From NCBI GenBank assembly GCA_965214095.1, contig OZ243938.1:1952001-2016000 (forward strand): a stretch of 64,000 bases of DNA, read 5' to 3'. Numbering within the stretch: the first letter of the stretch is position 1; every line of letters starts with the position of its first letter. Positions 18,997 to 30,876 of the stretch are shown here, in pieces. The DNA is from Candidatus Poribacteria bacterium (lineage in GTDB: Bacteria > Poribacteria > WGA-4E > WGA-3G). The translations under genes and the position numbers were made by a program. A model generated the notes under the pieces. That model ran no database searches, was not told the origin of the DNA, and saw only the letters and a program-made list of their open reading frames with translations.

Positions 18997-21298
18997 CTAA
19001 TAACTATAAAAAAACATGAGATTATATTGAATGTCTTGATCTGACTCAAAAGCTTGTGCAACATTAAATCTGAAAATATCCACATCCGAAGAAACCTGTA
19101 ATCCTATACCAACACTACCTTTCGGCTCAAAATCCCATTTATCTCTATATTCGTTCCAAACCTGTCCTATATCAACGAATAGCACAGCATGGAAATCCTT
19201 TAGAAAATCAAGTTGATTGATGACAGGTAAACCTAAATTAAATTCTACATTGAAGAGATACCCTTCATCACCGATAAATGAGTTGAGTGGATATCCGTTG
19301 AGTGTTCCAAGTCCGCCGATGATAAATTGGCGTTGAATTGGCAAAAGCGTATCACTTGCCTGATCTTCTGTTTTTTTACCAAACACCGAACTAAACACGA
19401 ACCTGCTCCGAATTTGGTGTCGTCCGAAAGGATATGCATAACGAATATGTGCTTGAGCATGTGTCCAATCATAATCTGAACCAAAAACTGGATTAGAGTG
19501 TTCAATGAGAAGCGTGTTATGCCATCCGAGGTAGTTTCTTCTACTGTTGAAATCAGATTTGAAAGTGATACTTCGGATGTTTGCTGGTGTTATATCAAGG
19601 TTATCACGCACTTTTGAAGCAGAACGCCAGTTAAGGATATGCCAATCAGTTGTTTTACGTAGGTTTTCATGTTTTTCTGAAGCCAGAGAAATCCTTACAG
19701 TATTTGACCAAGTTGGTTGCCAATGGAATGAGACCTCTGTACCATTTTTTAGATAATAGTCTTGGTGGTCTGGCACGCCAACCAATCTTAAGAGAACCAA
19801 TCCTCTTTCTTCATAGCCAGCAAAAAGGTCCGATGATATAGTAGTGATTGCGCGTTGGTAGCGGCCACTTACTCCGATGTTCCATTTTTCTCTTTTTCCC
19901 CAGATTTGGTTACCACCTATTGAGTAATAACGTTGCTTATTCCCAAATCCGTAACCGAATTGTGCAAATAACTTTGGATTGTCTCTTGTGAGTGGTACTT
20001 CTCTGTTCCAATCATAGTCAATTGGTGTGGCATCCTTTGATGGTTGCGAGTGTAATCCTGTTTCAACGCGTGCCCCCAGTTCCCATCCTGATACACGATT
20101 AAATCCTATCCGTGGCATAGCATTTACATAGGGTTTCTGGACAATTGGTTTTTCCAGTAGGACAGTGATTTTTGCAATCTTACGTTGACCAAAATCTACT
20201 GTTTCTATGGTCGCGGTATCAATTTCTGGAAATGTGTCAGGTATAGTTTTCATAAAATAGTCAATTTCTGATGGACCCTCATTGAGAACAGACTTGAGTT
20301 TCTTCAAATCAAATTCTAGATTACCGTATAGTTGTATTTCATGTATAGGGTCATCTTCTTGCGTGCGCAACTCTTGTGAGAGCTCAATGTAATCACCATC
20401 CTGAACTTCCTCCAAATATAATTGTATCTGCTTCTCATCCGTATCCACGGTAATTTTCTGTATATAAACCGACAAATCTGAATTCAATAATCTGTTCAGC
20501 AAAATGGCAAAGTCAACAGGTCCATCTTGCTGTATATTTCCACCAAACAGCATATCTTTTATTGCATCAATTCTCTGTTTCTGTGATTCTCCTTGACTCT
20601 TTGTGTGTGATTTAATTGAGACCTTTGAAATAGGCTGTGAATTGTATGTCCAGTTTCCAAGATGTGTTTCTTGCATTGTGCCAGAAAACTTTGATAGTGA
20701 TTCTGTGGATTCATTAAATATTCGGAGTATTGTTGTTGAATTATAGTTTAAATCTGGATCATCAGCACGCCATACAATTGACTCGGTATGCGGTCTTTCT
20801 GTTTGTATCTGTTCACCAAGCGATCTTAGGTATCCATATTCCCAATTGGTTTAGATTCGCCAATAGTGTCCCAACTTGTTGATATGGTATTTCTCCAACG
20901 ACATTGAGCAGATATATTGAAAAATTGGTTTTGATGATAGCAAATATACCTACAACCTTTTCATTGTTTTCATCTGTATTAACAAGATAGTATATTCGGT
21001 AGTTTACATCCTCGGCAAATTCATCCCATCCATTCTCCGATAATATATCTTCATAGTATGTTCCCAGTTTGTCAAAGTCTTCATCACTCTTTTGGTATGT
21101 GTGGACATATATGTCCTCAACCGAGTTGAAAATTTCAGCAGTGGACATAAATGCTATCAGTTCCTGAGTTAGGTCAAACTCAAAAATTGGTGGATCGACA
21201 TCTGGACAATCTAATGGAATTGTTCCTAATCTGGTTTCGGCATGTGTAGATACAACACCCCATAGCAAAAGAGAAAATATGAAAATGTAATATCTCAT
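18997..21298 (-). pseudogene. Frameshifted Omp85-like protein with DUF4252-like N-terminus (ORFs 20813-21298 and 18997-20676)
   Basis: The two ORFs together match the intact paralogue 15128-17443. The second frame is open from about 20850 into the 20676 ORF, placing the shift near 20826. Confidence 0.7.
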
Positions 21299-21510
21299 TT
21301 TAGGATAGAATCTCAGTGCATATTAATTCTGACAAGTTATTTCTTATGATTTATGTTTTGAGAGGGTTATTATTAGAACGAGAAACAGATGTGATGACAA
21401 GATATTAACTATATTAACAAATTACGGATGCGTTTGTCAAACCGTGTTGAAGGGTAGGGTAAAGTTGATAATTCCTTAAAACTAAATACCACTGCAACAA
21501 ACGTAATTAT

Positions 21511-22239
21511 TCATGAATTTCCGCATATTGCATCTGCACGCAAGAGTTCATAATACGGCAAACATTCAGATAGGACACTGTTCAATTCTTCAGGAAACGG
21601 TTCAGTTTTCGGTTGATACGGTGCAAAACCATTGCTCTGATGTACGTTGTGATACCAATATGGTGCCCACACACCATCAGATGGATGTCCATCTTGTGAC
21701 CACGACAACATTGATTCATCAAAAGGAAGTTCTAACCGACTACAGAGTGTTGATAGTACATTCTTTGGTGCAAGCAATAATTCTCGCGAGTCCAAGATTG
21801 GCGGAGATTGTCCTATTTCTTGCAATTCCGATAACAGTTCAGTTTGTAATTTATAGCCTGTATCCTTTAGTTGTGGAATTCCGATTACTTTTGTTAAAGA
21901 GGGAAGCATCTCTTTTGGATCGCGTATTAGCAATATATTTTGTGTTTTTTGCATGAAAGACCTGTCAACGTCAACAAGGTGATGTGCCATCTGTTTCATA
22001 AAGAGGACAGGTTTCCTACAGGGACCGAGAATAACATCACGAATGACTTCCGCTGCGTCATTTTGCATAGATTCCATCACCTTTTCACGTCCTGGATGCA
22101 TTGCACCCGTTACACGTAGGTAGTGTGCATATAAAGGTTCGTCAACGATTTGGGTATCACTTCGTTGTCCGAAGGCATACATCAATGCTGTTGATACGTT
22201 TCTTGGTCCAGACCAGAGACAGATTCTTTGTGTTTGCAT
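21511..22239 (-). CDS. Sulfotransferase-like protein
   Basis: WSGPRNVSTALMY, DEPLYAHYL, FMKQMAHH, DGVWAPYWY. Promoter TTGACA(22288)-17-TATACT(22265). Confidence 0.8.
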   Translation of the reverse strand: MQTQRICLWSGPRNVSTALMYAFGQRSDTQIVDEPLYAHYLRVTGAMHPGREKVMESMQNDAAEVIRDVILGPCRKPVLFMKQMAHHLVDVDRSFMQKTQNILLIRDPKEMLPSLTKVIGIPQLKDTGYKLQTELLSELQEIGQSPPILDSRELLLAPKNVLSTLCSRLELPFDESMLSWSQDGHPSDGVWAPYWYHNVHQSNGFAPYQPKTEPFPEELNSVLSECLPYYELLRADAICGNS

Positions 22240-22344
22240 GTAATTTCCTTACTGCATATAGTATAATCCTTGCCAATATAGGTGTCAACTGTTAATATAT
22301 GATCATCAACATACAGGACGAGTCCACACATAATCATACACAAC

Positions 22345-22530
22345 CAGGGTTATTTAGTTTTAATAATTTTCAATTGATGAACGTTACTAAGAGTTTATAT
22401 CGTAGGTCGGGTAGAGGCACGAAACCCGACACGTTCAATGCTTGTCGGGTTTCGTGCCTCTACCCGACCTACAGGTGTTATATTGAAATGTGAAAAATAT
22501 AGCAGAAAAACCGAAAACTAAATAACCCTA
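22345..22530. mobile_element. MITE-like element with (C)AGGGTTATTTAGTTTT ends and long REP-like palindromic core
   Basis: 16-bp TIR; 9-bp flanking repeat ATACACAAC/ATACATAAC; core 22402-22472 is the same family as 12294-12376. Confidence 0.7.
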
Positions 22531-22562
22531 ATACATAACTCACATATACATTTCTATTCGTT

Positions 22563-23657
22563 ATGTCAAAACGTTCTATTCTCACAACAATTATCATACC
22601 TATACTACTGATATCGGGGTTGATAATATTCCTTATAAACAACCGACGTGAATATCCAGGGGAGTTAGTGCTATCTCAAGAGCGACTTGATTTTGGCACT
22701 GTTCCAGAATGGAAAGGTCAGGTATCACGAACGGTATTAGCACGAAATGTTGGCAAAAGTCCGATACATATTACCAAAATTCAAACAGGTTGTAGTTATG
22801 CTGATATTGAAGGTCCAACGGTGATTTCACCGGATACAGATGCAACATTCAGTGTTCTACTTGAACCACAGTTCATGCCAGACAACACTAGCATAGCAAC
22901 TGCGATACTTTTTACTGACAGTCCTAAAACACCACAAGTTTATCTTACAATTGTTGCAAATGCCAAACGATTTGCAACTTTGAGTGCAGAAATATGTGAT
23001 TTCGGAGAAATCCTACCTAAGATACCTTATGAGAAGCATATTAAACTGTGTGTTAATGCTCCGCTCAATCAAGAAGATATCCGTATACTACCAACAGAAC
23101 ATCAATTGTTAAAGTGGAAGTTGACACCTGATCCAAATTCAGAATGCTATATTATAGATTTACAATTAAGGATACCGAAAAGGGGTATCAAGGATGTCAA
23201 CAAGACCTCACCACTCCATGCGGTTGAACTATTTTCATCTTCATTGACAATTGCTTTTCCAAATGATAGAACTTTGACATTACCAATAATAGCAAGAATC
23301 GTAGAACCTGTAATTGTTAAACCTGAAATTCTTTCCTTTGGTATTGTAAGAAGTGGAACAAAACCCACATTGAGATTTATGTTACTTTCAAAATCTCATT
23401 TTCAAGTATTGAACTTGCAAGTACCAGAATACTTGAAGGTAAAGGAAGTTACCAATTCATTATCTGTAGACACGGATATGTCAGATGTCGTGAAACATTT
23501 TGAAGTTGCTTGGAACATACCAAAATCACCTAAACTATTACGTGCCAATATTGATATAAAGATTTCAACATCACCTAATCCCATCCGGATACCGGTTTAT
23601 GGATATATCCAGGACGACCACGCAACAAATCCTTCTCCATTTCAAGAAGATGAATAG
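22563..23657 (+). CDS. DUF1573 domain protein
   Basis: N-terminal TM; LDFGTV...RNVGKSPIHI...TGCS. Confidence 0.7.
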   Translation: MSKRSILTTIIIPILLISGLIIFLINNRREYPGELVLSQERLDFGTVPEWKGQVSRTVLARNVGKSPIHITKIQTGCSYADIEGPTVISPDTDATFSVLLEPQFMPDNTSIATAILFTDSPKTPQVYLTIVANAKRFATLSAEICDFGEILPKIPYEKHIKLCVNAPLNQEDIRILPTEHQLLKWKLTPDPNSECYIIDLQLRIPKRGIKDVNKTSPLHAVELFSSSLTIAFPNDRTLTLPIIARIVEPVIVKPEILSFGIVRSGTKPTLRFMLLSKSHFQVLNLQVPEYLKVKEVTNSLSVDTDMSDVVKHFEVAWNIPKSPKLLRANIDIKISTSPNPIRIPVYGYIQDDHATNPSPFQEDE

Positions 23658-23756
23658 TGATTTCTCTGATATTGGATTTTCAGTTTTGTTTGATCTGGAG
23701 ATAGGATTGGACTGAACTGGTATCCGTTGAAATACGGTGGGACTGTGCCAATAATG

Positions 23757-23939
23757 TCATTCTTGCTTTTCTATAAGTCTTCCAACGAAAAAAATGACAA
23801 CACCGAGTGCTAAGAACCCCATCTCAACCCCCATAGCTTTAGCTTCACTATAACCAAAAGGGTTGAAAACACCTAAAAACAGTGCAGCAGCAAGGCATGT
23901 TATTCCCATGAGTTCTAAGGATTTACCGATATAATACAC
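23757..23939 (-). CDS. Small membrane protein
   Basis: 60 aa, two hydrophobic helices, GAGGA SD. Confidence 0.6.
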   Translation of the reverse strand: MYYIGKSLELMGITCLAAALFLGVFNPFGYSEAKAMGVEMGFLALGVVIFFVGRLIEKQE

Positions 23940-24012
23940 TTGTTCCTCAAAATGTAAAAAGGCAATTCCAACAATTGTTGATATATCATTGTAAGAATTG
24001 CCTAAAATATTA

Positions 24013-24717
24013 TTAGTAAAGGCTCTTAATTTGTCCCCATCTGATTAATTTTTGTTGGGCATTTGGATTGATCCTCGCCGTGAAAACGAGATCAGGGATC
24101 AAGTTATCTTGTTCCGTATATCCATCTGGTGCCCAGGCGATTGTATTTTGTAATTGACCGTTATCAACATCATCATAAGCGATACTAAAACCGATAGTAT
24201 TGTCTTTACTTGCAATATCTCCAAGTCGGAAACTGAGTTCACATGTTTGTCCAGCATTTCCCCAAGCAACTGATGTTAAGGGTGATTTGAGGACACCTTC
24301 TTCTGTTCCGATTGGAATTTCATAACGGTATAGTTCATTTTTAAGTCTATCGTGATATTGATCGATATATAGGATCAGTTGATCCTCTCTGAATAGTTTT
24401 GATTGATATTTTTCAAGTTTATCATCTTGTATTTTAATTGCGACATAAAGGAATCCACTACGCCACACCGCTTTGAAGGAGCCGGTAAAATCGTAGGATT
24501 CATGCCATTCATTTCCAGTAATAATGTCTTGTTTTAGTTTTGCTGGTAACACATCGTCCCATACGGGGTCATCAAGATACCCATCTACGATAGGTGCCAC
24601 AGAAACAAGTTCTGCATTATATTGAAAGTTCTGAAGATTTTCATCTCTTAGATGCCCTAAAGCATAAGAGAATACCGTCAACATCAGTATACCAGTCAAA
24701 AGAATCTTTTTACGCAT
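24013..24717 (-). CDS. Secreted CBM9/DOMON-like sugar-binding protein
   Basis: Signal peptide; APIVDGYLDDPVW, LYVAIKIQDD, IGFSIAYDDVD; C-terminal KLIRWGQIK. Confidence 0.7.
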   Translation of the reverse strand: MRKKILLTGILMLTVFSYALGHLRDENLQNFQYNAELVSVAPIVDGYLDDPVWDDVLPAKLKQDIITGNEWHESYDFTGSFKAVWRSGFLYVAIKIQDDKLEKYQSKLFREDQLILYIDQYHDRLKNELYRYEIPIGTEEGVLKSPLTSVAWGNAGQTCELSFRLGDIASKDNTIGFSIAYDDVDNGQLQNTIAWAPDGYTEQDNLIPDLVFTARINPNAQQKLIRWGQIKSLY

Positions 24718-25083
24718 AGGAGACTCCTCCATTAGACATGATTGAATTTAGTATATCATAGTGAATTTGCTGATGTCAAATGAAATTTACTGAGTGTTTT
24801 TGGCATAACCATATTTGTAGCGTCAATACGAACAAAATGCCATGAGTTTAGGTCTATATGTTGATTGAGACAGGATTCTTTCAAATTCAGTTGATATTTA
24901 GCAAAAAGTGTGTTATAATTTGCTAAGAGAGAATTATGCATGTATTGCTATAACAGACACAGCACAACAAAAAATATAAAATAGTCTGACTGTACTCAAA
25001 ATTTGAGTGTCTATCCTTGATGTATGCAAAAGTCTACAGCATACTAAGAAGTCCAATTAACTTTGATATAGAAAACGAGGCGA

Positions 25084-27003
25084 TTGGTTGTGAACAAAAA
25101 CACAAAAAACATGTTCGTATGGTTTATCTTGGGTTTGGTCGTTGTTGTCACTATCTATCAAATCATCAACCGTGGTGATCAAATATATGAGATGCCAACA
25201 TCAGATTTTCATAGGCTCATTTCTCCGGAAAATATAGATAATAGAGTCAATCCTTTTGACGGTTATCTTATTCTTGATGACGAATGGGTTGAAGGTAAGT
25301 TTCATCAGGAAGAAGTGAAAGATCGCGTGCAACAGGAAACATCGCTTGAAAACTCCATATTTCCTCGCAATTGGAAGGGAAATTTTAAAACAAGTCGCGA
25401 CACGAGCGAAGATTATGGTCTACAAGCGAAATTGGACGCGCGTGGTATCCGTTATGAAATAAAACCTGGATCAAATTTTCCCGACTGGGTGCTTATTATT
25501 GGTACTACAGTCGTTCCACTATTGATATTCTTGGGTTTGATGATTTTCCTATCCCGCCAGATGCAGGGTAGCGGCAACCGGGCACTTTCTTTTGGGAAAA
25601 GTCGTGCAAAACTACATACAGAAAACGAAAAACCGATAACCTTTGAGGATGTCGCTGGTGTTGACGAAGCAAAGGATGCGCTTGAAGAAGTCATTCATTT
25701 TCTCAAAGCCCCGAAAAAGTATGAACGTCTCGGTGGCACAATACCTAAAGGTGTTTTGTTAGTTGGTCCTCCTGGAACTGGAAAGACGATGTTGGCGAAA
25801 GCGGTTGCCGGTGAAGCTGATGTCCCATTTTTTAGTATCAGTGGCTCCGATTTTGTTGAGATGTTTGTTGGTGTTGGTGCTTCAAGGGTGCGAGATTTAT
25901 TTGAAACAGGTAAGAAAAACGCGCCGTGTATTATTTTTATTGATGAATTGGACGCTGTTGGTCGACATCGGGGTGCAGGTATCGGTGGAGGACACGATGA
26001 ACGGGAACAGACTCTGAATGCCCTTCTTGTTCAAATGCAAGGATTTGAAGAATCCGAAACAGTGATAATGATTGCTGCAACGAACCGTCCAGATGTTCTG
26101 GATCCTGCATTATTGAGACCCGGCAGATTTGATCGGCAGGTCATCGTTGATTTACCGGATGTACGGGGTAGAAAAGCAATTCTTGGGGTGCATACCAAAG
26201 AACCTTATAAGATGGCGGAAGATGTCAACTTAGAGATTTTGGCGAGAGCAACTCCAGGGTTCTCAGGTGCGGACTTAAAAAATATGGCGAATGAAGCCGC
26301 ACTGCTCGCGGCAAGAGAAGATAAGGATAACATTGACATGGCCTGCTTTGATGAAGCGAAGGATCGGGTCTTAATGGGTCCCGAACGTCGAAGTTTAGTC
26401 ATTAGTGATAAAGAAAGACGTAATACTGCCTACCATGAAGCAGGACATGCACTCCTATCACATTTTGTCCCTGAAAGTGATCCTAACTATAAATGTACAA
26501 TCGTGCCCCGTGGTAGAGCTCTCGGTATTACTGCACTCCTCCCGCTTGAAGAACGTATTAATCCTAATCGCAAGAAACTTATTGCAGATATCATTGTATT
26601 TATGGGTGGACGTGTTGCGGAAGAGATTATCTTTGGTGAACAGACGACTGGTGCCCAGAATGACTTTGAACGAGCAACACAACTTGCACGGCATATGGTT
26701 ACGCGATGGGGAATGAGCCCGTTAGGACCTTTAACCTATGGCAAAAGAGACGAACAGATCTTTCTGGGTAAAGAATTAGCTGTTCATCAAGATTACAGTG
26801 AAGAAACGGCTATTGCGATTGACAAAGCAGTACATGACATCGTTATGGAGTGTTACGATAAGGCGCAAGAGATTATTGAGACAAATCTTGACGGTTTGAA
26901 GCACCTTGCCAATGCTCTATTAGAACGTGAAACACTTATTACCGAGGAGATTGAAGAAATCCTTGGTCCCCGGCCACAGTTGCCAACAAGCCCCCTCACA
27001 TGA
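25084..27003 (+). CDS. ftsH: ATP-dependent zinc metalloprotease FtsH
   Basis: Two TM segments, [21 protein letters not shown]. Confidence 0.97.
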   Translation: MVVNKNTKNMFVWFILGLVVVVTIYQIINRGDQIYEMPTSDFHRLISPENIDNRVNPFDGYLILDDEWVEGKFHQEEVKDRVQQETSLENSIFPRNWKGNFKTSRDTSEDYGLQAKLDARGIRYEIKPGSNFPDWVLIIGTTVVPLLIFLGLMIFLSRQMQGSGNRALSFGKSRAKLHTENEKPITFEDVAGVDEAKDALEEVIHFLKAPKKYERLGGTIPKGVLLVGPPGTGKTMLAKAVAGEADVPFFSISGSDFVEMFVGVGASRVRDLFETGKKNAPCIIFIDELDAVGRHRGAGIGGGHDEREQTLNALLVQMQGFEESETVIMIAATNRPDVLDPALLRPGRFDRQVIVDLPDVRGRKAILGVHTKEPYKMAEDVNLEILARATPGFSGADLKNMANEAALLAAREDKDNIDMACFDEAKDRVLMGPERRSLVISDKERRNTAYHEAGHALLSHFVPESDPNYKCTIVPRGRALGITALLPLEERINPNRKKLIADIIVFMGGRVAEEIIFGEQTTGAQNDFERATQLARHMVTRWGMSPLGPLTYGKRDEQIFLGKELAVHQDYSEETAIAIDKAVHDIVMECYDKAQEIIETNLDGLKHLANALLERETLITEEIEEILGPRPQLPTSPLT

Positions 27004-27827
27004 TATGCAGAGGTAAAAAGCTCGAATTTGGCGACAGCACTCATATCATGGGTGTTCTAAATATTACTCCAGACTCATTTTCAGATGGTGGGATATATTT
27101 TAACCTTGACAGTGCTCTTACACACGCTAAAAATATGGTAGCAAATGGTGCTACTATCATTGATATCGGTGGGGAATCTTCACGACCGGGTGCGGAACCG
27201 GTACCTGAAGTCGTAGAATTAGAACGGGTGATACCTATTATCAAAGCAATTGCTTCTGAACAATTAGATGTCTTACTATCCATTGATACCACAAAGGCAG
27301 TTGTGGCAAAACAAGCGATTGAATCTGGTGCACATATTATCAACGATATTACAGCATTACGAGGTGATGATGATATGGCACACGTCGCAGCAGATACGGA
27401 ATCAGGTATCATTTTGATGCACATGAAAGGAACACCTCGCACCATGCAAAGTGCCCCGAAATATGTTGATGTCGTTCAAGAGGTGTATGAGGCATTAGGA
27501 CAATGGATCAGCGATGCAACACGTAAAGGTATAGACTCTGATAGAATTATTATAGACCCAGGCATCGGATTTGGAAAAACTATCCACCAAAACATAGAAA
27601 TATTAAGAAAACTTGAAGAATTCAAACGTCTAAATAAACCTATACTAATTGGCACCTCAAGGAAATCCTTTATTGGTAACCTGTTAGATCTTCCCGTAAC
27701 TGATAGAGTTGAGGGAACGCTTGCCACTGTTTGCTGGTCAATTACGCATGGTGCAGATATTGTGCGTGTTCACGATGTAAAAGAAACTGTCCGTGTTGCA
27801 CGGATGACTGATGTCCTTCATAGATAG
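27000..27827 (+). CDS. folP: Dihydropteroate synthase
   Basis: [37 protein letters not shown]. Confidence 0.97.
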   Translation: MICRGKKLEFGDSTHIMGVLNITPDSFSDGGIYFNLDSALTHAKNMVANGATIIDIGGESSRPGAEPVPEVVELERVIPIIKAIASEQLDVLLSIDTTKAVVAKQAIESGAHIINDITALRGDDDMAHVAADTESGIILMHMKGTPRTMQSAPKYVDVVQEVYEALGQWISDATRKGIDSDRIIIDPGIGFGKTIHQNIEILRKLEEFKRLNKPILIGTSRKSFIGNLLDLPVTDRVEGTLATVCWSITHGADIVRVHDVKETVRVARMTDVLHR

Positions 27828-27851
27828 AGTATTACCAACTCAGCTAAACTG

Positions 27852-28247
27852 ATGTTTCAACAAAAGATTCAAGGAATTGGCATAGATATTATTGAAGTAG
27901 AACGGATTAGACGACTTTCTCTTAGATGGGGAAGTCGGTTTGAGTCGCGTGTCTATACACCGCAAGAGCTTGAATATTGTGGCAAAACAGCAACACGTTA
28001 TGGAAGGCTCGCGGCGCGGTTCGCTGCAAAGGAAGCAACTCTGAAGGCACTTGGCACAGGTCTAACAGTTGGGATGAATTGGCAGGATGTAGAGATTTGC
28101 GCTGATTCTGTCGGGAAACCATCACTTATTTTACACGGAAAAGTTCAGCAGTGTGCGTCAGAATTTGGAATTGTCAGTACCTATGTAAGTCTATCACACA
28201 CCGCTGATTACGCAGTGGCACAAGTCACCTTATGTTCTAATGAATAA
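27852..28247 (+). CDS. acpS: Holo-ACP synthase
   Basis: GIGIDII, RFAAKEA, SLSH. Confidence 0.95.
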   Translation: MFQQKIQGIGIDIIEVERIRRLSLRWGSRFESRVYTPQELEYCGKTATRYGRLAARFAAKEATLKALGTGLTVGMNWQDVEICADSVGKPSLILHGKVQQCASEFGIVSTYVSLSHTADYAVAQVTLCSNE

Positions 28248-28265
28248 GAATCTATACATCCATTA

Positions 28266-28509
28266 ACTATAGTTTGGACAAGGAGAATCACAGTCATCGG
28301 ACCTATTTTTTCAATGATACACCTGTCGCCCCGCTGGGGCTATAAATCGTTTGTTCACGATGTGCTATACACATTTCGCCCCGCTGGGGCTGCTCATTTT
28401 GATATTCTAACACATTTTCGTCAAGTTATTATCCCATTGCAAACGGACAAAATATTGAAAATGCTAGAAATATCAGTATGCAACCGAGAGAAATTGTCCA
28501 AACTATAGT
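28266..28509. mobile_element. MITE-like element with ACTATAGTTTGGACA TIRs and 6-bp target duplication
   Basis: 15-bp TIR; CCATTA on both sides (28260-28265, 28510-28515); internal CGCCCCGCTGGGGCT doublet. Confidence 0.75.
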
Positions 28510-28595
28510 CCATTAAACTAACACTACCATTACATTTCCATCAGCAATCTTATTCTAATGTTATTACCTATTTTTATCTCTGGAGGAGCATTAAA

Positions 28596-29744
28596 GTGGA
28601 AAAAAGATTGAACTCCATAAAAAATTGTCTTAATTTTGTACAGAATTATGTGGTATTATTGATTGTATGTGTAATTCTAATTATCGGTGTCGTCACGTCA
28701 GAAGCATTCTCAGAAACAAACACAACAGCAGAAGTCGATAGATTTCTCAAGCAGTTGCTTGGTGCTGAATATCGAGGCATGGGTGGTAGTTTTGTCGGTG
28801 CTAGTACTGGAGCAAATGCTCTTGGTAATAATCCTGCAGGTATAACGAATGCTAAAGGAGATAGGTTTGCCCTTCACATGACACGTTTTCCGCGCACAAT
28901 TGCCCTGTTGTCTCAACCTAATTTCAATGCAGATTACGAGGACACTATAAGATTTGATCAACGCGCATCTGGGATTGAGACATTGAATTGTGCATTTCCA
29001 ATGGGAAAATTCGGAACTGTAGGTGTTGCATTCTCAATGGCACATGCAGGTCCTTTTCGTCGTGTTAATCATCAAGGCAAAGCCCTAAATAATTTTCCTG
29101 AGAATAACCTTGCAATTGGTTTGGGTTACGGTATAAATTGTTTTGGAGGAACCGTGGTTGGTTTTGACGCTCGGTGGTTACGTTCAAAGATTACAGATGC
29201 ATCTGACACAGAACATTTCGGACGTGGTTATGCATACAACATCGGACTCATTCAACATATAGGTAATACACTACAATTAGGTGTTGTAGTACGTAATTTA
29301 AGCAATGGTTTATCATTCATTGATCCAACTATTCCGGACAAAATTCACCGTGATGTTATCGTAGGAGTGAACTATCAGCGAGACATATCTATCATAACAA
29401 CCCGGATCGGAGTAGATATTCATCCACCTTTTCAGGATGGGGTACGTGCTAACATCGGTGCAGAGATATGGTATCGTGACCGAATGGGTGTGAGAATAGG
29501 TTATCTTAGAGATACAGAGAACCGTTATGCGTCTGTCTATCTCTTGGATGATTTGACGTTTGAAATGGAGGAGCGTACTTGGAAAGCAGAAGGACTCTGT
29601 TTAGGAATGGGTGTTCGTTTAGGAAATATCATAATTAATGCTGCATACACGCCACAGTTTGAACCTACAGTATCGGAGGATGAACGTATTCATATTGTTC
29701 AAGGTACTTCTATATATTCTTTTTCAGTTGGTCAAGATTTCTAA
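28596..29744 (+). CDS. PorV/PorQ (FadL-like) outer-membrane beta-barrel
   Basis: GAEYRGMGG...ALGNNPAGI N-terminal motif; terminal Phe. Confidence 0.7.
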   Translation: MEKRLNSIKNCLNFVQNYVVLLIVCVILIIGVVTSEAFSETNTTAEVDRFLKQLLGAEYRGMGGSFVGASTGANALGNNPAGITNAKGDRFALHMTRFPRTIALLSQPNFNADYEDTIRFDQRASGIETLNCAFPMGKFGTVGVAFSMAHAGPFRRVNHQGKALNNFPENNLAIGLGYGINCFGGTVVGFDARWLRSKITDASDTEHFGRGYAYNIGLIQHIGNTLQLGVVVRNLSNGLSFIDPTIPDKIHRDVIVGVNYQRDISIITTRIGVDIHPPFQDGVRANIGAEIWYRDRMGVRIGYLRDTENRYASVYLLDDLTFEMEERTWKAEGLCLGMGVRLGNIIINAAYTPQFEPTVSEDERIHIVQGTSIYSFSVGQDF

Positions 29745-29814
29745 ATGTTTGTCAAAAAATAGATTAAACCATATATCTATAAAATGCGTATTGTATTGAT
29801 AACGTTTTAGTCAA

Positions 29815-30417
29815 ATGTCAACAGATTACCAAACGATCACTGGAATTGCTGCGGCGAAGCATGTTGTAAAGAAATCAAGGTTTTTTGCTGAAGCGACAGC
29901 TATAGAAGACCGCGCAGCAGCCAAGCAGTTTGTTACGGATGTCCAAACACGTAACCGTCAAGCCACACATTACTGTTATGCCTATAGACTTGGAAGCGGC
30001 GATGAAAAACTGGAATATGCTACAGATGCAGGTGAACCGACTAACACCGCAGGTCCTCCTATTCTTGCTGCAATTCGGTCTGCGGAATTAACCAATATTA
30101 TCGTCGTTGTTGCCAGGTATTATGGCGGAATTAACCTTGGCATTGGAGGATTGATTCGTGCGTATGGTGCCTGTGCAAGAGTCTGTCTCAAAAACGCTGA
30201 CTTGGAAACACGAACCTTTTACCACAAATTACAAGTAAAAGTCTCTTTCTCTCAAATCGGAACAGTTGTAACACTATGTAAACGTTTAGGAGGAAAGGTA
30301 ATTAACATTGAATATGACCCAAACCCAAATATTACAATTCGGATTCGAAAAAAAGATTTGACTAATTTCAAGGAACAGATCAAAGGTATTGAAACAACAG
30401 GAACAGAATTAAAGTGA
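29815..30417 (+). CDS. yigZ: YigZ/IMPACT family protein
   Basis: KKSRF, ATHYCYAY, DAGEPTNTAG, RYYGGINLGIGGLIRAY. Confidence 0.92.
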   Translation: MSTDYQTITGIAAAKHVVKKSRFFAEATAIEDRAAAKQFVTDVQTRNRQATHYCYAYRLGSGDEKLEYATDAGEPTNTAGPPILAAIRSAELTNIIVVVARYYGGINLGIGGLIRAYGACARVCLKNADLETRTFYHKLQVKVSFSQIGTVVTLCKRLGGKVINIEYDPNPNITIRIRKKDLTNFKEQIKGIETTGTELK

Positions 30418-30444
30418 GAAATCATATTGTTGGAGGAATGCACT

Positions 30445-30876
30445 TTGAGCACAGTGAAATATACAACAACACATGAATGGATTGAAGTTATTGACACAGA
30501 AGGAACTGTCGGATTAACCGAGCGCGCCAAACTTATATACGGTGAGATTATTTATATTGATGTTTCCGCTGAACTTGAATGCGAACAAGGAGAAATTATT
30601 GGCAGAATTGAAACAGAAACCGGTGGTAACTTTTATTTATATGCCCCCGTTGCTGGAGAAATCTACGAAATTAATCCAGCAATTGAAGATGATATTGATA
30701 TTGTCAACAGTGTACCAGAAGGCGATGGTTGGATATGTAAAATGAATATTGACAATCCAAATGAGCTTGATTCATTGATGGAATTAGAAGACTATGAAGA
30801 CTATGAAGAAGAGGAAATTAACGAAGATGAGTATTTACCCGAAACGGATTTCTTTGAGGATATAGACGACTATTGA
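30445..30876 (+). CDS. Glycine cleavage H-like protein lacking the lipoyl lysine
   Basis: YTTTHEW, LYAPVAGEI.EIN, PEGDGW; the ESVK site reads ETETG; acidic tail. Confidence 0.75.
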   Translation: MSTVKYTTTHEWIEVIDTEGTVGLTERAKLIYGEIIYIDVSAELECEQGEIIGRIETETGGNFYLYAPVAGEIYEINPAIEDDIDIVNSVPEGDGWICKMNIDNPNELDSLMELEDYEDYEEEEINEDEYLPETDFFEDIDDY

